Shown here one piece after another: positions 48,319 through 59,057 of a stretch of DNA of 64,000 bases. The notes below the pieces were generated by a model, which did not search any database, had not been told where the DNA came from, and saw only the letters and a program-made list of their open reading frames with translations. Origin of the DNA: Bacteroidota bacterium (GTDB lineage Bacteria > Bacteroidota > Bacteroidia > Chitinophagales > BACL12); NCBI GenBank assembly GCA_016706865.1, contig JADJIS010000002.1, forward strand, positions 484,419-548,418. The letters run 5' to 3'. Made by a program: the position numbers and the translations under genes. Position 1 is the stretch's first letter. Every line of letters begins with the position of its first letter.

Positions 48319-50751
48319 TCACTTCTCCGCCACCACTCCAATACTATTAAAAGTCTCAATCCCGCACTCCAAAAATCCCTGATATTCATCTTCGTCCGGT
48401 GTATAACCGCGTGGTTGATTTAATACCTTGCCATCCGGGGCAATTAATACGTAGTAGGGTTGAGAGTTGGTATTAAATTCACGTGCCTGAAAGTCGCTCC
48501 ATTTGTTTCCTATGCTGCGTACTTTATTTCCGGTATGTGCAGATATATATTGATCTTCTAAACGCAGCGCTTCTTTATCGTCAACGTATAAACTTACCAA
48601 TACATATTCTTCGTTGATTAATTTATAAACTTCCTCATTTGGCCAAACATGTTCTTCCATTTTTCTGCAATTTACACACGCCCAGCCAGTGAAGTCAATC
48701 ATGATAGGTTTGTTCACTTCCTTAGCATATGCAACTGCTTCGTCCATGTCGTGAAAACAATTTAATGCGAGTGGGCATTCGCTGTCGTAATGATAAATAC
48801 TGTAAAACATCGGAGGTGTAAATCCGCTTATTAATGCTAAATTTTTTCCTTTTTGTATCCCACTGGCAAAATAAATGGTAAGCGCTAAAAAGGTTAATGA
48901 AAAAATTCCTCGTGCGATTCCGAATTTCACTTTTTTATCATCGTGCGGGAAACGGATAACACCTATAAGATATAAGAATGTGAGCAACGAAAATAAAGCC
49001 CATAATCCTAAAAATATTTCGCGTTTTAAAAATCCCCAGTGATAAGCAAGGTCTACATTCGATAAAAATTTGATGGCAAATGCGAGTTCGATAAATGCAA
49101 AAACAATTTTTACTTCGTTTAACCATCCACCGCTTTTTGGTAATTTATTTAAGAGTTGTGGAAATAACGCCAATAAAGTAAATGCCAAAGCAAACGCTGT
49201 CCCGAAACCAACCATACCGGCGCTTAATGCAGCTCCACCACCTTTTAAACTATTTGCAAGTAAGGACCCTAAAATTGGACCGGTGCAGGAAAAAGAAACA
49301 ATACATAAAGTAACGGCCATGAAAAAAATACCGAGTAATCCACCTACATCTGATGCGCTGTCGGTTTTATTTGCCCATTTGGAGGGTAATTTAATTTCGA
49401 ATAATCCGAATAATGAAAGAGCAAATAAAATGAACACAAAAAAGAAAACCATGTTCACCACATTATTTGTAGAGAAGGAGTTTAATGCATCGCCGGATAA
49501 ACCAAATAATAAAAAGGGAAGTGAGACAAGAAAATAAACTAAAATAATACTGAAACCATAAAAAGATGCTTCAAAAATTCCCTTTTTTCTGTTGGTTGAT
49601 CTTTTAGTAAAAAAGGAAATTGTAAAGGGTATCATCGGGAAAGTACAAGGCATTAATAATCCTATTAATCCTCCGATAAAACCTAAAATAAATGTGCTGA
49701 ATAATCCTTTATTATTTGCATTGGTAATTTCCTGATCAATTTTGGGATCGCATTGTGCCTGCCGGGCATATCCTGTATCCACAGCAAATGTTCCGAATAT
49801 ATTTGCAGGAGCTGCAGAGGCACCAGTGTCCGTTTTAATGATCTCAATGATATCACCTCCACTCAATTTAAAGGTAAAATCTTTAATTCCAAATTTACAT
49901 TGTATGGCATCACAAGTTTGAAAATCAATATATCCGCTGATGATTGCATTGGCAGAATCAACCTTAATTTTTTGACGAATTTCTAACTTATCGTGATAGA
50001 ATTTTGTTATCTTATTTTGAAATAAAGGTTCCGGTTTATTTTCTGCATGCCCAAATTCGTCTGCCTTTCCAATTAGCTGATAATTTTTCCCGGCATTTTC
50101 AAAAACAACCTTCATAGGTTGAGCGCCGTCTTCCGGTGAGTCCTGAGAATATAATTTCCAGGTTGGCGCTACAGTAGCATTAAATTTTAACCAATATTCG
50201 GTATCGTTGATTTTTTCGCTGCTAATTTCCCAGGTTACAGGATATTTTATTTTAGAATAATCAGTGGTAAAATTACCGTTATAGGTATTTGCAATTGCAG
50301 TAAGATCAAAACTAAAGTCGTGTGAAAATGCCATGCATTGTTTATCATCACAACTCATAAAATCGATATACCCTTTAACCGTTACATTTTTGCTAACCTT
50401 AACCGTTTGTTTGAGTACGAGTTTTTTATGATAAAATTTTATCACCTGATTTTGGAAAAGTGGTTCTACTTCCTCCTCTTTTCTTCCCAGTTCCGTCATT
50501 TCACCGATCAATTCAACTCCTTCAGGTAAATCCTCAAAAATCAGAGATGTTGGTATTGGTCCGTCCTCCGGAACATCATGCGAATACAACTTCCAACCTT
50601 CATCAATAGCAGCTACAAAAATGAGAATGTATTCATTTGGCACACCACTGGCAGTTACCGATGTTTCCCATTTAACGGGTTTTAGTAGTTGGGCATGGGT
50701 TTGATTGATAAACAGGATCGCCAATAAAAACTGAAAAAACTTTTTTCCCAT
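48319..50751 (-). CDS. DsbD-family protein-disulfide reductase with a duplicated N-terminal domain
   Basis: I prefer the ATG at 50751 (MGKKFFQFLLAILFINQTHAQ) to the GTG at 50796. Two homologous DsbD-alpha-like modules, a CcdA-like TM core and a C-terminal thioredoxin WACVNC. Confidence 0.85.
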   Translation of the reverse strand: MGKKFFQFLLAILFINQTHAQLLKPVKWETSVTASGVPNEYILIFVAAIDEGWKLYSHDVPEDGPIPTSLIFEDLPEGVELIGEMTELGRKEEEVEPLFQNQVIKFYHKKLVLKQTVKVSKNVTVKGYIDFMSCDDKQCMAFSHDFSFDLTAIANTYNGNFTTDYSKIKYPVTWEISSEKINDTEYWLKFNATVAPTWKLYSQDSPEDGAQPMKVVFENAGKNYQLIGKADEFGHAENKPEPLFQNKITKFYHDKLEIRQKIKVDSANAIISGYIDFQTCDAIQCKFGIKDFTFKLSGGDIIEIIKTDTGASAAPANIFGTFAVDTGYARQAQCDPKIDQEITNANNKGLFSTFILGFIGGLIGLLMPCTFPMIPFTISFFTKRSTNRKKGIFEASFYGFSIILVYFLVSLPFLLFGLSGDALNSFSTNNVVNMVFFFVFILFALSLFGLFEIKLPSKWANKTDSASDVGGLLGIFFMAVTLCIVSFSCTGPILGSLLANSLKGGGAALSAGMVGFGTAFALAFTLLALFPQLLNKLPKSGGWLNEVKIVFAFIELAFAIKFLSNVDLAYHWGFLKREIFLGLWALFSLLTFLYLIGVIRFPHDDKKVKFGIARGIFSLTFLALTIYFASGIQKGKNLALISGFTPPMFYSIYHYDSECPLALNCFHDMDEAVAYAKEVNKPIMIDFTGWACVNCRKMEEHVWPNEEVYKLINEEYVLVSLYVDDKEALRLEDQYISAHTGNKVRSIGNKWSDFQAREFNTNSQPYYVLIAPDGKVLNQPRGYTPDEDEYQGFLECGIETFNSIGVVAEK

Positions 50752-50845
50752 CAGGTCGGATTTTTTGCTGTGCAAATTTAACGAATTAGGCCTCACAGAG
50801 GTTCGTTAAAAGGTTGTGTGACATTATTTTTACTGTTAAAAGATC

Positions 50846-51559
50846 TTAAACCGATGCAGAGGAAACCACTTTGGCTAAAAATGACTCGAAGATCATCCTG
50901 CCATCGGTATTTCCTAAAATTTCCTCACTGGCTCTTTCCGGATGGGGCATCATACCGAAAACATTACGTTCCTTATTACAAATACCGGCAATATTAAACA
51001 ACGAACCATTTGGATTTGACCCTTCCGTTACTTCTCCATGTTCATCACAATAACGAAAAATCACCTGATCGTTTGCAATAATTTCTTTCAAAACCTTGTC
51101 TTCCGCATAAAACCTTCCTTCGCCATGGGCAATAGGTATCTTGAGCGCATGATGCTGAGGCACATACCGGTTGATCCTGCTGGCAGTATTTTCTGCCGTG
51201 AGAAAAATATTTTTACAGATGAATTGCTGATTGTTGTTTTCCAATAAAACCCCGGGAAGTAGTCCAGCCTCACATAATATTTGAAAACCATTACAGATAC
51301 CCCAGGCAAAACCTCCTGCCTCGCAATGTTTGATCACTGCCTGCATAATTGGGGAAAACCGTGCTATAGAACCCGTTCTGAGGGCATCTCCATAAGAAAA
51401 ACCACCCGGTAGCATAACACAATCCTTTGTGGTGAGTCCACCCAGATCTTTTTGTTTGTGAAACAATTCTATTACTTCACAACCCATAACATTGCGTAAA
51501 ACATGGATCAGATCCTGATCGCAATTGGAACCCGGAAAAGTAACAACGCCAAATCTCAT
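50846..51559 (-). CDS. purQ: phosphoribosylformylglycinamidine synthase, glutaminase subunit PurQ
   Basis: MRFGVVTFPGSNCDQD, GICNGFQIL (catalytic Cys), HGEGRF and MMPHPER. Confidence 0.92.
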   Translation of the reverse strand: MRFGVVTFPGSNCDQDLIHVLRNVMGCEVIELFHKQKDLGGLTTKDCVMLPGGFSYGDALRTGSIARFSPIMQAVIKHCEAGGFAWGICNGFQILCEAGLLPGVLLENNNQQFICKNIFLTAENTASRINRYVPQHHALKIPIAHGEGRFYAEDKVLKEIIANDQVIFRYCDEHGEVTEGSNPNGSLFNIAGICNKERNVFGMMPHPERASEEILGNTDGRMIFESFLAKVVSSASV

Positions 51560-51570
51560 TTTTTGTAGAG

Positions 51571-52566
51571 TTAAGCTGTAAAGTTAATATATTGAAACAG
51601 GATTGTGGCACCCAAAAGTGTAATATGTATTATTTCAGGTGTCATGCGGTTTTTGGAGTGGAAGAAATAGTAACTTATAAAAAACGAAGTTCCCATCATC
51701 AAAAAATAAAGTCCGCCAACATCGGCATTGGAATTGAACAAAAATGCCAATATCCCGAAAAGAAAAAAGGAAACAAATGAACCCAGATATTTTCTTACTT
51801 GAATGAGGTTGCTGGTAAATTTATTACTGTAAAAAATGAGTGAAATTATCAGCGCAATTCCGATTAATACCAATTTTACAATGACGATAGTGCTGAAAAA
51901 ATTGGAAAGTTTTGTTAGATCCGGAACAAAGTGAAATTGTTTTTCCCAAAATTCAGGAAGCAGATCAAACCAGAAAAATGCGGTAGCTGCGAGAAAATAG
52001 ATCACCATAAATCCGGAGAGAAATAAAACGAATTCCCGAAAAGTTATGCTTCTCATTCTTATGATGGCCAATAAACTGTAAAGGCTGAAGACCAAAGCGG
52101 GAAAAAATAAAAGTGAAACAAATCCATTCAGCAATCCTGTGTCAAAATAAATGGTATCTGCTTTTGGTTTATTATATGCGCTGAATATTTTAAACAATAT
52201 CCAAATTAAAAAGAATCCGCTGAGTACTGCAGGAGTATTAAGCAACATATCCGGAAAAAAACTGCATAACAATATAAATACAAGTGCGGGTAGGAGAGAA
52301 GGTTTCGTATTTACTTTACTTCCCTGCATAAGCATACTAATAAGTACCGCTTGAGTTACAATACATGCCAGGTTAAAAAAAGGAACAACTGTTTGGGGTA
52401 ATTTATTTAGCGGTATCCATTGATTAAATAATAAGTCGCCAATAAAATAATACGATGTTTCAGTAGTTGGTATTCCTCCTAAAAAAAATTTAAGATTTAC
52501 CAATGCTGCATAAATTATGAGCAAAATAAGAGATACCGGATTAGAGGATTGGAAAAGCCGCAGCAC
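51571..52566 (-). CDS. polytopic membrane protein, unknown function
   Basis: 331 aa with about 9 hydrophobic segments. Confidence 0.6.
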   Translation of the reverse strand: MLRLFQSSNPVSLILLIIYAALVNLKFFLGGIPTTETSYYFIGDLLFNQWIPLNKLPQTVVPFFNLACIVTQAVLISMLMQGSKVNTKPSLLPALVFILLCSFFPDMLLNTPAVLSGFFLIWILFKIFSAYNKPKADTIYFDTGLLNGFVSLLFFPALVFSLYSLLAIIRMRSITFREFVLFLSGFMVIYFLAATAFFWFDLLPEFWEKQFHFVPDLTKLSNFFSTIVIVKLVLIGIALIISLIFYSNKFTSNLIQVRKYLGSFVSFFLFGILAFLFNSNADVGGLYFLMMGTSFFISYYFFHSKNRMTPEIIHITLLGATILFQYINFTA

Positions 52567-52575
52567 TGAAATTAA

Positions 52576-54048
52576 TTAAAGTTGTAATTTGACAAATGAT
52601 AATGTTTTTTTATAAATACTGGGGATAATAATTTCATTAAAGGAGATCTGTTCTGCGGAAGAAGGTCGTAATTGCACTTCCTGCTGATTGGCATTAAAAA
52701 TACTTTTTCTGTCCAATGCGCCGTCAGCCTCCATTTCGTATTGCAGCACATTGGAATTTTGTTCCACATCTTCATTAAAAATAAAGGTGATCTGTTGTTT
52801 GCTGTTAATTATTGCATACGACGAATTTACACCTCTGTCTTCGCGACTTATTTGTTTTTTTCTGATCACATTATTCCAAGAGGGAGTTCCATCAGGTTTA
52901 ATGGAAAATAATAAAATATCATCATACTCATAAAATTCAACTTGTCGCGTGGAGGTTCTATAACCGTAATAGGGATCGTAATTTGTATACTCATAACTCT
53001 CCACAGTTTTATCGTAGTATTCTGCAACCAACAAAGCACCGCCATCCGCACGTGGTACAATATTCCCGATCTGATATACCGGTAAGTTTTTAATTGCTTT
53101 TTCCGTTGCAAGGCCTGCAATCTCATCTAACGTCTCTTGGGGAAAAATATAATTGTGTTTTAAATTTATGGAGGAAGAAGATGGATCAATTACCTGATAA
53201 TTATATCCAACCATATATTCTTTACTATCTTCTTTTAAAAAACTAATCGCAATAATATTTCCGGAAGAATTATCAATTGCAAAATTCATTTCGTCCAGAC
53301 AGAAATCGTTGCTGGTGATATCCGTATATAAAACAGCAGATCCTTGTTTCGGAAGTACAAAAGAATATTGAACTGCAGTTTTATCTTTTTTGCAATTAAA
53401 CTCATCGTTCTCAAAAAGAAAAACAGGAATGCCCGAATCGGTTATTAATTCTTTTATCAGGATGGGACTATAATTGATATCAGGCAAATTAATATCGTTT
53501 TTTTGTAACAATGCAGCTTCACTGTTAATTACCAATGAAAACATTTTATCAATACGACCTGCACTGAATTCATATTTGTAAATAAGAAAATATGCATTAT
53601 TCTTCGACTTGACTATTTTAAATTCCGAAAAATTTTCACCTATTTTCAAGGATGTTGAATCCAGAAGTATGGGCTCACCCTTTTTTTCCACGTCCTCATT
53701 AAATAACTGGACTGCGAGGTAATTATTCTTATTTTCTTTATATGTGTAAAAATGATAAATTTTTTCTCCGCTTTTATACACTTCCACCGATTCGTAATCC
53801 ATGGTTTTTATGGTAATTTCTTTTTTGCGTTTAAAGGTCATTTGTTTGTCATAAATATCGATCTCGTCTTCAAAACGATATTTTTTATAGACTAAAACAT
53901 CACCATTTTTATTTTTGCCTAATATATTATAGCCTACCAGTTCTGTGCTGATTTTCTGCGGATCAGAAATAAATATTTTTTGAGCCTGCATAATGGCAGG
54001 AAGGAACACAAACATAAAACAACAATACCATACCCTCGATTTATTCAC
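52576..54048 (-). CDS. secreted hypothetical protein
   Basis: 490 aa with signal peptide CFMFVFLPAIMQAQ. Confidence 0.6.
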   Translation of the reverse strand: MNKSRVWYCCFMFVFLPAIMQAQKIFISDPQKISTELVGYNILGKNKNGDVLVYKKYRFEDEIDIYDKQMTFKRKKEITIKTMDYESVEVYKSGEKIYHFYTYKENKNNYLAVQLFNEDVEKKGEPILLDSTSLKIGENFSEFKIVKSKNNAYFLIYKYEFSAGRIDKMFSLVINSEAALLQKNDINLPDINYSPILIKELITDSGIPVFLFENDEFNCKKDKTAVQYSFVLPKQGSAVLYTDITSNDFCLDEMNFAIDNSSGNIIAISFLKEDSKEYMVGYNYQVIDPSSSSINLKHNYIFPQETLDEIAGLATEKAIKNLPVYQIGNIVPRADGGALLVAEYYDKTVESYEYTNYDPYYGYRTSTRQVEFYEYDDILLFSIKPDGTPSWNNVIRKKQISREDRGVNSSYAIINSKQQITFIFNEDVEQNSNVLQYEMEADGALDRKSIFNANQQEVQLRPSSAEQISFNEIIIPSIYKKTLSFVKLQL

Positions 54049-54175
54049 AATGTCATATTTTTTTTGCCATATTTAGGGCAATTATTAATGTATCAAAATT
54101 ACATAAAAAACGTTTAGGGTGCTGTTTTGTTGTGTGGGTTGTCCCATATGTAAATAATAAAGTTAAGTATCTATG

Positions 54176-55504
54176 CTACTTTTTTTGTTTGGGGTCCAAT
54201 GCATCGCGCAGTCCTTCGCCAATGAGATTGTATACAGTCACCGTTATAAAAATTGCCATACCGGGAAAGAGCACAAGCCACCAGGCACTGAATTTTTCCC
54301 TCCCATCGCTTACGAGAGAACCCCAGGTAACCAGATCGGATGGTACGCCAATTCCGAGAAAAGATAAACTTGATTCTATCAAAATGGCAGAAGCTATTCC
54401 AAATGCAATGGATACCAATGCCGGAGCAATTCCATTTGGAAGGGCGTGTTTTACTATGATATTTAATTCTGAAAACCCAAGTGAACGCGCAGCTTGAATA
54501 TATTCTAAATTCCGTATTCTCAAAAATTCCGCTCTGGTTAATCGGGCAATACCTGTCCATGAGGTTAAACCAATTATAACCATGAGATTTGTAATGGAAG
54601 GTCTCGCAATGGCAGCAATGGTAAGAATTAATATAAAAGTTGGCATTGCATAAAATATTTCAATGGTTCTTGAAATAAGTGTATCTGCAGGAATAAACAT
54701 TCGTTTATTTAGATAAGGTAATTTACCCACCAGTTTTCCTACCAACATAAAAATAAAAATTATCCCTGCAAAAATGAATATACTCAGAATTAATTGCAGC
54801 AACATATTTAATCCTGAACTGTTTATTGCATCCTGTAAAATGAAATTTCTGGTTTGAAATGCATAGAACCAGGCAACAAAAACACCAATTACCACAGTCC
54901 AGAATTTACCTCTGGTGGTAACCAATCTATTATCGCCAAAATATCCCGCGATAGCACCTAATAATAATCCAATAATTGCAGCAATGGTCATGGAAATAAA
55001 TCCAATTGTGAGGGAGATTCGCGCTCCGTGGATGAGACCTGCCATCAGATCGTCGCCCAGACTTCCCGTACCTAAAATATGTCTGAAACGTCTCGGCATC
55101 TCTACGATCTGACCATTTTTATCCTTAAATAATTGGGCATCTCCCGGACCTTTATATCCTGTATTCAACATGTCGGTTTTACCCGGAGAATACGGTACTG
55201 GTGCCCAAATCACCTTTTCCATATCCATTTGTTTCCAGTCGGCAATATCCAACTGAATATTTTCAATACTCCCATCACTTTTTGTGACGATATAATTATT
55301 TTTCCATGAAAATGCCGGGAAATAATTATTCCCTTCATATTTAACGAACAGTGGTTTCTGATTTGCAAGAATAGGTGCTAAAATTGCAATTATTGCAAGA
55401 AATAATAATATATACAATGAAATATACGCAGGTTTATTGTGCCTGAATTGTTTTCGCGCATGTGCACGGAAACTGAATTCGTTTTGCGTTTTATTTTTTT
55501 TCAT
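54176..55504 (-). CDS. peptide/nickel ABC transporter permease (OppC/DppC-like, extended N-terminal loop)
   Basis: EAA-loop region AARSLGFSELNIIVKHALPNGIAPALV. 4-nt overlap with the upstream permease gene. Confidence 0.85.
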   Translation of the reverse strand: MKKNKTQNEFSFRAHARKQFRHNKPAYISLYILLFLAIIAILAPILANQKPLFVKYEGNNYFPAFSWKNNYIVTKSDGSIENIQLDIADWKQMDMEKVIWAPVPYSPGKTDMLNTGYKGPGDAQLFKDKNGQIVEMPRRFRHILGTGSLGDDLMAGLIHGARISLTIGFISMTIAAIIGLLLGAIAGYFGDNRLVTTRGKFWTVVIGVFVAWFYAFQTRNFILQDAINSSGLNMLLQLILSIFIFAGIIFIFMLVGKLVGKLPYLNKRMFIPADTLISRTIEIFYAMPTFILILTIAAIARPSITNLMVIIGLTSWTGIARLTRAEFLRIRNLEYIQAARSLGFSELNIIVKHALPNGIAPALVSIAFGIASAILIESSLSFLGIGVPSDLVTWGSLVSDGREKFSAWWLVLFPGMAIFITVTVYNLIGEGLRDALDPKQKK

Positions 55505-57006
55505 TGATTGTTTGAATAAGAGATTCTTGGGTCAGCAATTGCATATAAAATATCAGCTATTAAATAGCCTACTAAAGTTAGAACTCCCGTTAATGTAAAA
55601 ACATCAATTATAACCGGATAATCGTTTGTTTGTATTGCGTGAAATATTTGTTGCCCCATTCCCGGAATGGTAAAAATGGTTTCCAAAATAACAGAGCCAC
55701 TGATTGCCAACGGAAATACATTGGAAAAAACCGTAATGATCGGTAAAAGTGTGTTTCTGAAAACATGTTTATATAAAACCTTCCCATCACTCAATCCTTT
55801 TGCTCTGGCAGTACGGATATAATCCTGCGAAATAACTTCTAATGCGGAAACTCTTGTTATCCTGCTTAAAAATGCAAGTTGTGAATAGGTATAAGCAATG
55901 GTTGGTAAAATCAAATAAGGCAAACGCAAACGTATCACTTCTAAAAAATTTGATCCTTCCGGAATTCCGGTTACGGGTTGAATTCCTGATGCAGGGAAAA
56001 CAGAAAGTGCTTCTGTGTTGGCAAAACCCATCAACAATAATGTTGCAACCCAAAAAGTGGGCATAGAATATAAAACAAAAAGTATTACAGAAGATGTTCT
56101 GTCAAATAAGGAATTTTTATTGGCCGCAGCTTTTAATCCAATTGGAAGGCTGATCAAATATGCCAATAATATGGAGATCATGGTAAAAAACAACGACCAT
56201 TTCATGCGTTCTGAAATGATATCGGATACTTTTAATTTGGTTTCATACGAATATCCGAAATCGCCCCGTATCAATCCTGCGCAATTAACATTTCCTTTGC
56301 CTGTTAGCCAGTTGCCATCCCCGAATATCCAGCGATGGTATTGATTGCTTTTATAAAAATTAATGGAGGGGATGTAATTTTTATATTTTGTGGAATGGGA
56401 TTCCATCGCCAGATAATTGTCATTTGCCGATTTTATTTCATTCTGTATTGTATGGAGATAGGAAAGTTGTTCTGCATTTTGTTTTAAATAATTTAATTTC
56501 AATTGAATGAGTTTATCATTATAACTCACTTTCAAATTACTCACCTCTATTTTAAAGTTTGTGATACTGTCCTGAATGGCATTTTTTCCAAATTTATTTA
56601 TATCAACGGAGTCAGGTGAAATTTTATTTATAGCCAGTTCCAGATCTTTTACCGATCGATACCATGCAGCAATTTGAGGCCAGTTTCCATAGGTATTCAA
56701 AAGGCGCTTCAAAGCATCGCGTTCATTTTCATCGTATATTTTATACAAAGTATCGGGTGTTGCAAGGGTGGTAATACTAAAATAAAACACCGGCAGATCA
56801 AGACCTAATTTTTTGCGCCATCTATCTTCTTCCTTTTGGGTGTTGTTTTGTTGAACTCCCATCTCTCCACCCGATTCCCTGGCTGAAACCATACGATCCA
56901 ACGGGTCGCCAGGCGCATTAATACTAATTACAAATGCCAGTAATGAAATTATAATAAGTGTGGGAATAAAAAACAAAATTCGTTTGAGAATATATTTACC
57001 CATCAC
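55501..57006 (-). CDS. peptide/nickel ABC transporter permease (OppB/DppB-like with a large TM1-TM2 insertion)
   Basis: YILKRILFFIPTLIIISLLAF N-terminus and RTARAKGLSDGKVLYKHVFRNTLLP EAA motif. 501 aa, against roughly 310 aa as I recall for typical members. Confidence 0.85.
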   Translation of the reverse strand: MMGKYILKRILFFIPTLIIISLLAFVISINAPGDPLDRMVSARESGGEMGVQQNNTQKEEDRWRKKLGLDLPVFYFSITTLATPDTLYKIYDENERDALKRLLNTYGNWPQIAAWYRSVKDLELAINKISPDSVDINKFGKNAIQDSITNFKIEVSNLKVSYNDKLIQLKLNYLKQNAEQLSYLHTIQNEIKSANDNYLAMESHSTKYKNYIPSINFYKSNQYHRWIFGDGNWLTGKGNVNCAGLIRGDFGYSYETKLKVSDIISERMKWSLFFTMISILLAYLISLPIGLKAAANKNSLFDRTSSVILFVLYSMPTFWVATLLLMGFANTEALSVFPASGIQPVTGIPEGSNFLEVIRLRLPYLILPTIAYTYSQLAFLSRITRVSALEVISQDYIRTARAKGLSDGKVLYKHVFRNTLLPIITVFSNVFPLAISGSVILETIFTIPGMGQQIFHAIQTNDYPVIIDVFTLTGVLTLVGYLIADILYAIADPRISYSNNQ

Positions 57007-57071
57007 TAAGTTGGTTGAAACTGCAGTAAAAATACATTAACTGTTGCACATAAAATGGAACTGCAGTGAGA

Positions 57072-58952
57072 TTACATGTCAGTATTATTTTTAACTACTC
57101 CCGTTTTCATTCCGTATAATGACAATAATCTCATATTATTTAAAATAACACCCGGTCTGTCGAAAACCATGTATTGATTTCCAAATCTTTTATGTAAAAT
57201 ATTTTTTTTGGATGTAGAATATAAAATTACATACGGTTGCTCTTCATAAATTATTCTTTGCAATTCCTTTTCCATCGGAATACGTTTTGAATCGTCCAGA
57301 GTATATTTAATAGAATCAATCAGAGCATCCGTTTCTGCGTTTCCAAATCCCACATAATTAGATCCGCCTGAAATATAAGAGGAGGTATGCCATATCTGAG
57401 TATAATCTTCCGGAAATGAACCCGAAGCCCAGGCACTTGCATACATATCAAAATCATGTTTTCTTAATTGTTCTTTCAATGTATTTGCTTCCACTCCTAT
57501 AGGAATTAATACAACTCCGGCCTTATAAGCAGCTTCCACAACCATATTTATCATATCCACAACAAATTTTTGTCCCGATTGATATTTAAATTCAATTTCC
57601 ATTTGAATTTTTTCTCCGTCCACTTCCTTGTCCCGGATATTATTGCCATCGGTGTCTTTCCAACCGGCCTCATCCAATAATTTTTTAGCTGCTTCCACAT
57701 CAAACGGAATTAAAGGCAAGTCATTATTGTATTCTTTTTTTAATGGCGAAATAGTTCCATTTTGTCGTTTGGCATATCCGTAAGAAACTACACGAATTAT
57801 TTCTTCAACCGGAACTAAATAAGCCATTGCTCTTCGCACCTTAGCATCTGTGAAATATTTTTTATGTGTGGTTCCATCCGGTTTCAAATTCATCCCGATA
57901 TAATTAAAACTGAAATTATCGGTAAACTGAATATTATAATTTTTATTAAAATCAGGTTCCTGCATTAATTCCAGAACCGATGCAGTTGGGAGCCAGGTAG
58001 TCGCGTCAAAGGTTTGTGCTCTTATTTCAAGTTTTTGAGAATTTGGATCCTTGTCCAGTTTAAATATTATTTTTTCCGGGAAGGATGTTTCATATGCTGT
58101 TGGATCAGTGAGTTTTTGTGTCCAGTGATTTTTTTTGCGTTCCAGCGTTAATGTTTGTCCGGGAGTCCACTCCACAACTTTATATGGTCCTGAACCATTT
58201 AAAAAATTAACGTCACTTCCGTATTTCGGATCATTAAAGTTATTTGCCCAGGCAGCTAATTTTTGTTCGCCATCAGCATTAAATGTACTGTCGTTAAACT
58301 GTTCAAAACTATATTGCGCAAGAATATTTTGGGGATCATAATAACTGCGTTGAATTATCGGAAAATCAGTTAGAAATGCAACATTCAGAATATATTCTTT
58401 TTTCATTACAATGGTGAAAGAGAATTTATCGTTAGGATCAGCAACCACATTTTTGATATTTTCAAAATAGGATTTTAAGGAGGGATTATTTGTGAGCGGA
58501 CACTTATTTGCTTTAAGCATAAATATGGCATCTTCTGCAGTTATTTGCTCACCGTTGTCCCAGGTAGCATCTTTTCTAAGAGTGTAGGAATAACTCAAAT
58601 TATCTGCGGAAATTTTCGGCATGGAAACAGCAAGATCAGGACAAATTCCAAGATTTATTATATCATTTCTCAAAATAAAGTTACTGGTATATTGTAATAC
58701 CCAACTGCGGGATGCTGTTCCTCCATTGGTTGGATGCAGGTTATCCGGATCGCCAACCCAGTGATTCACCACTACATTTTCTTTGCTCCATTCCGGCAAA
58801 ATGCTGTCGGCATCAGGAAGTAAAATATATTTAACATTTTCGGTGATGCCCACAGTTTCAGTATCTCCGCCATTTTTGTTGTTACCACAGGAGTTAAAGA
58901 CCGCAACTGTGAAAATTATAAAACTGATCCGGGAAAGGGTAACTATTTTCAT
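57072..58952 (-). CDS. ABC transporter substrate-binding lipoprotein (family 5, peptide-binding)
   Basis: Lipobox FNSC. 626 aa with a family-5 SBP pattern (GSGPYKVVEW, NYIGMN). Confidence 0.85.
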   Translation of the reverse strand: MKIVTLSRISFIIFTVAVFNSCGNNKNGGDTETVGITENVKYILLPDADSILPEWSKENVVVNHWVGDPDNLHPTNGGTASRSWVLQYTSNFILRNDIINLGICPDLAVSMPKISADNLSYSYTLRKDATWDNGEQITAEDAIFMLKANKCPLTNNPSLKSYFENIKNVVADPNDKFSFTIVMKKEYILNVAFLTDFPIIQRSYYDPQNILAQYSFEQFNDSTFNADGEQKLAAWANNFNDPKYGSDVNFLNGSGPYKVVEWTPGQTLTLERKKNHWTQKLTDPTAYETSFPEKIIFKLDKDPNSQKLEIRAQTFDATTWLPTASVLELMQEPDFNKNYNIQFTDNFSFNYIGMNLKPDGTTHKKYFTDAKVRRAMAYLVPVEEIIRVVSYGYAKRQNGTISPLKKEYNNDLPLIPFDVEAAKKLLDEAGWKDTDGNNIRDKEVDGEKIQMEIEFKYQSGQKFVVDMINMVVEAAYKAGVVLIPIGVEANTLKEQLRKHDFDMYASAWASGSFPEDYTQIWHTSSYISGGSNYVGFGNAETDALIDSIKYTLDDSKRIPMEKELQRIIYEEQPYVILYSTSKKNILHKRFGNQYMVFDRPGVILNNMRLLSLYGMKTGVVKNNTDM

Positions 58953-59057
58953 GATATAATTTTTACTTGAACCACCAAAGTAAATGAATTTGGTTCATTT
59001 TTTAAACCTTAACACTATTAAATTGTATTATTACTTTTACTTGACAATAGATTTAAC

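Noticed and set aside
49070-49537. A 155-aa + strand ORF inside the DsbD gene.
   Set aside because: It is antisense to the conserved CcdA-like transmembrane core and has a low-complexity translation.
54132-54560. Several ORFs on both strands (121, 129 and 64 aa) at the 3' end of the OppC-like gene.
   Set aside because: They overlap a permease gene that has clear EAA-loop motifs. They are out-of-frame or antisense by-products.
58968-58997. The hairpin TGAACCA...TGGTTCA followed by a T-run, considered as a terminator.
   Set aside because: It lies in a divergent promoter region with no upstream gene on the + strand to terminate. The stem is only 7 bp with a 16-nt loop.
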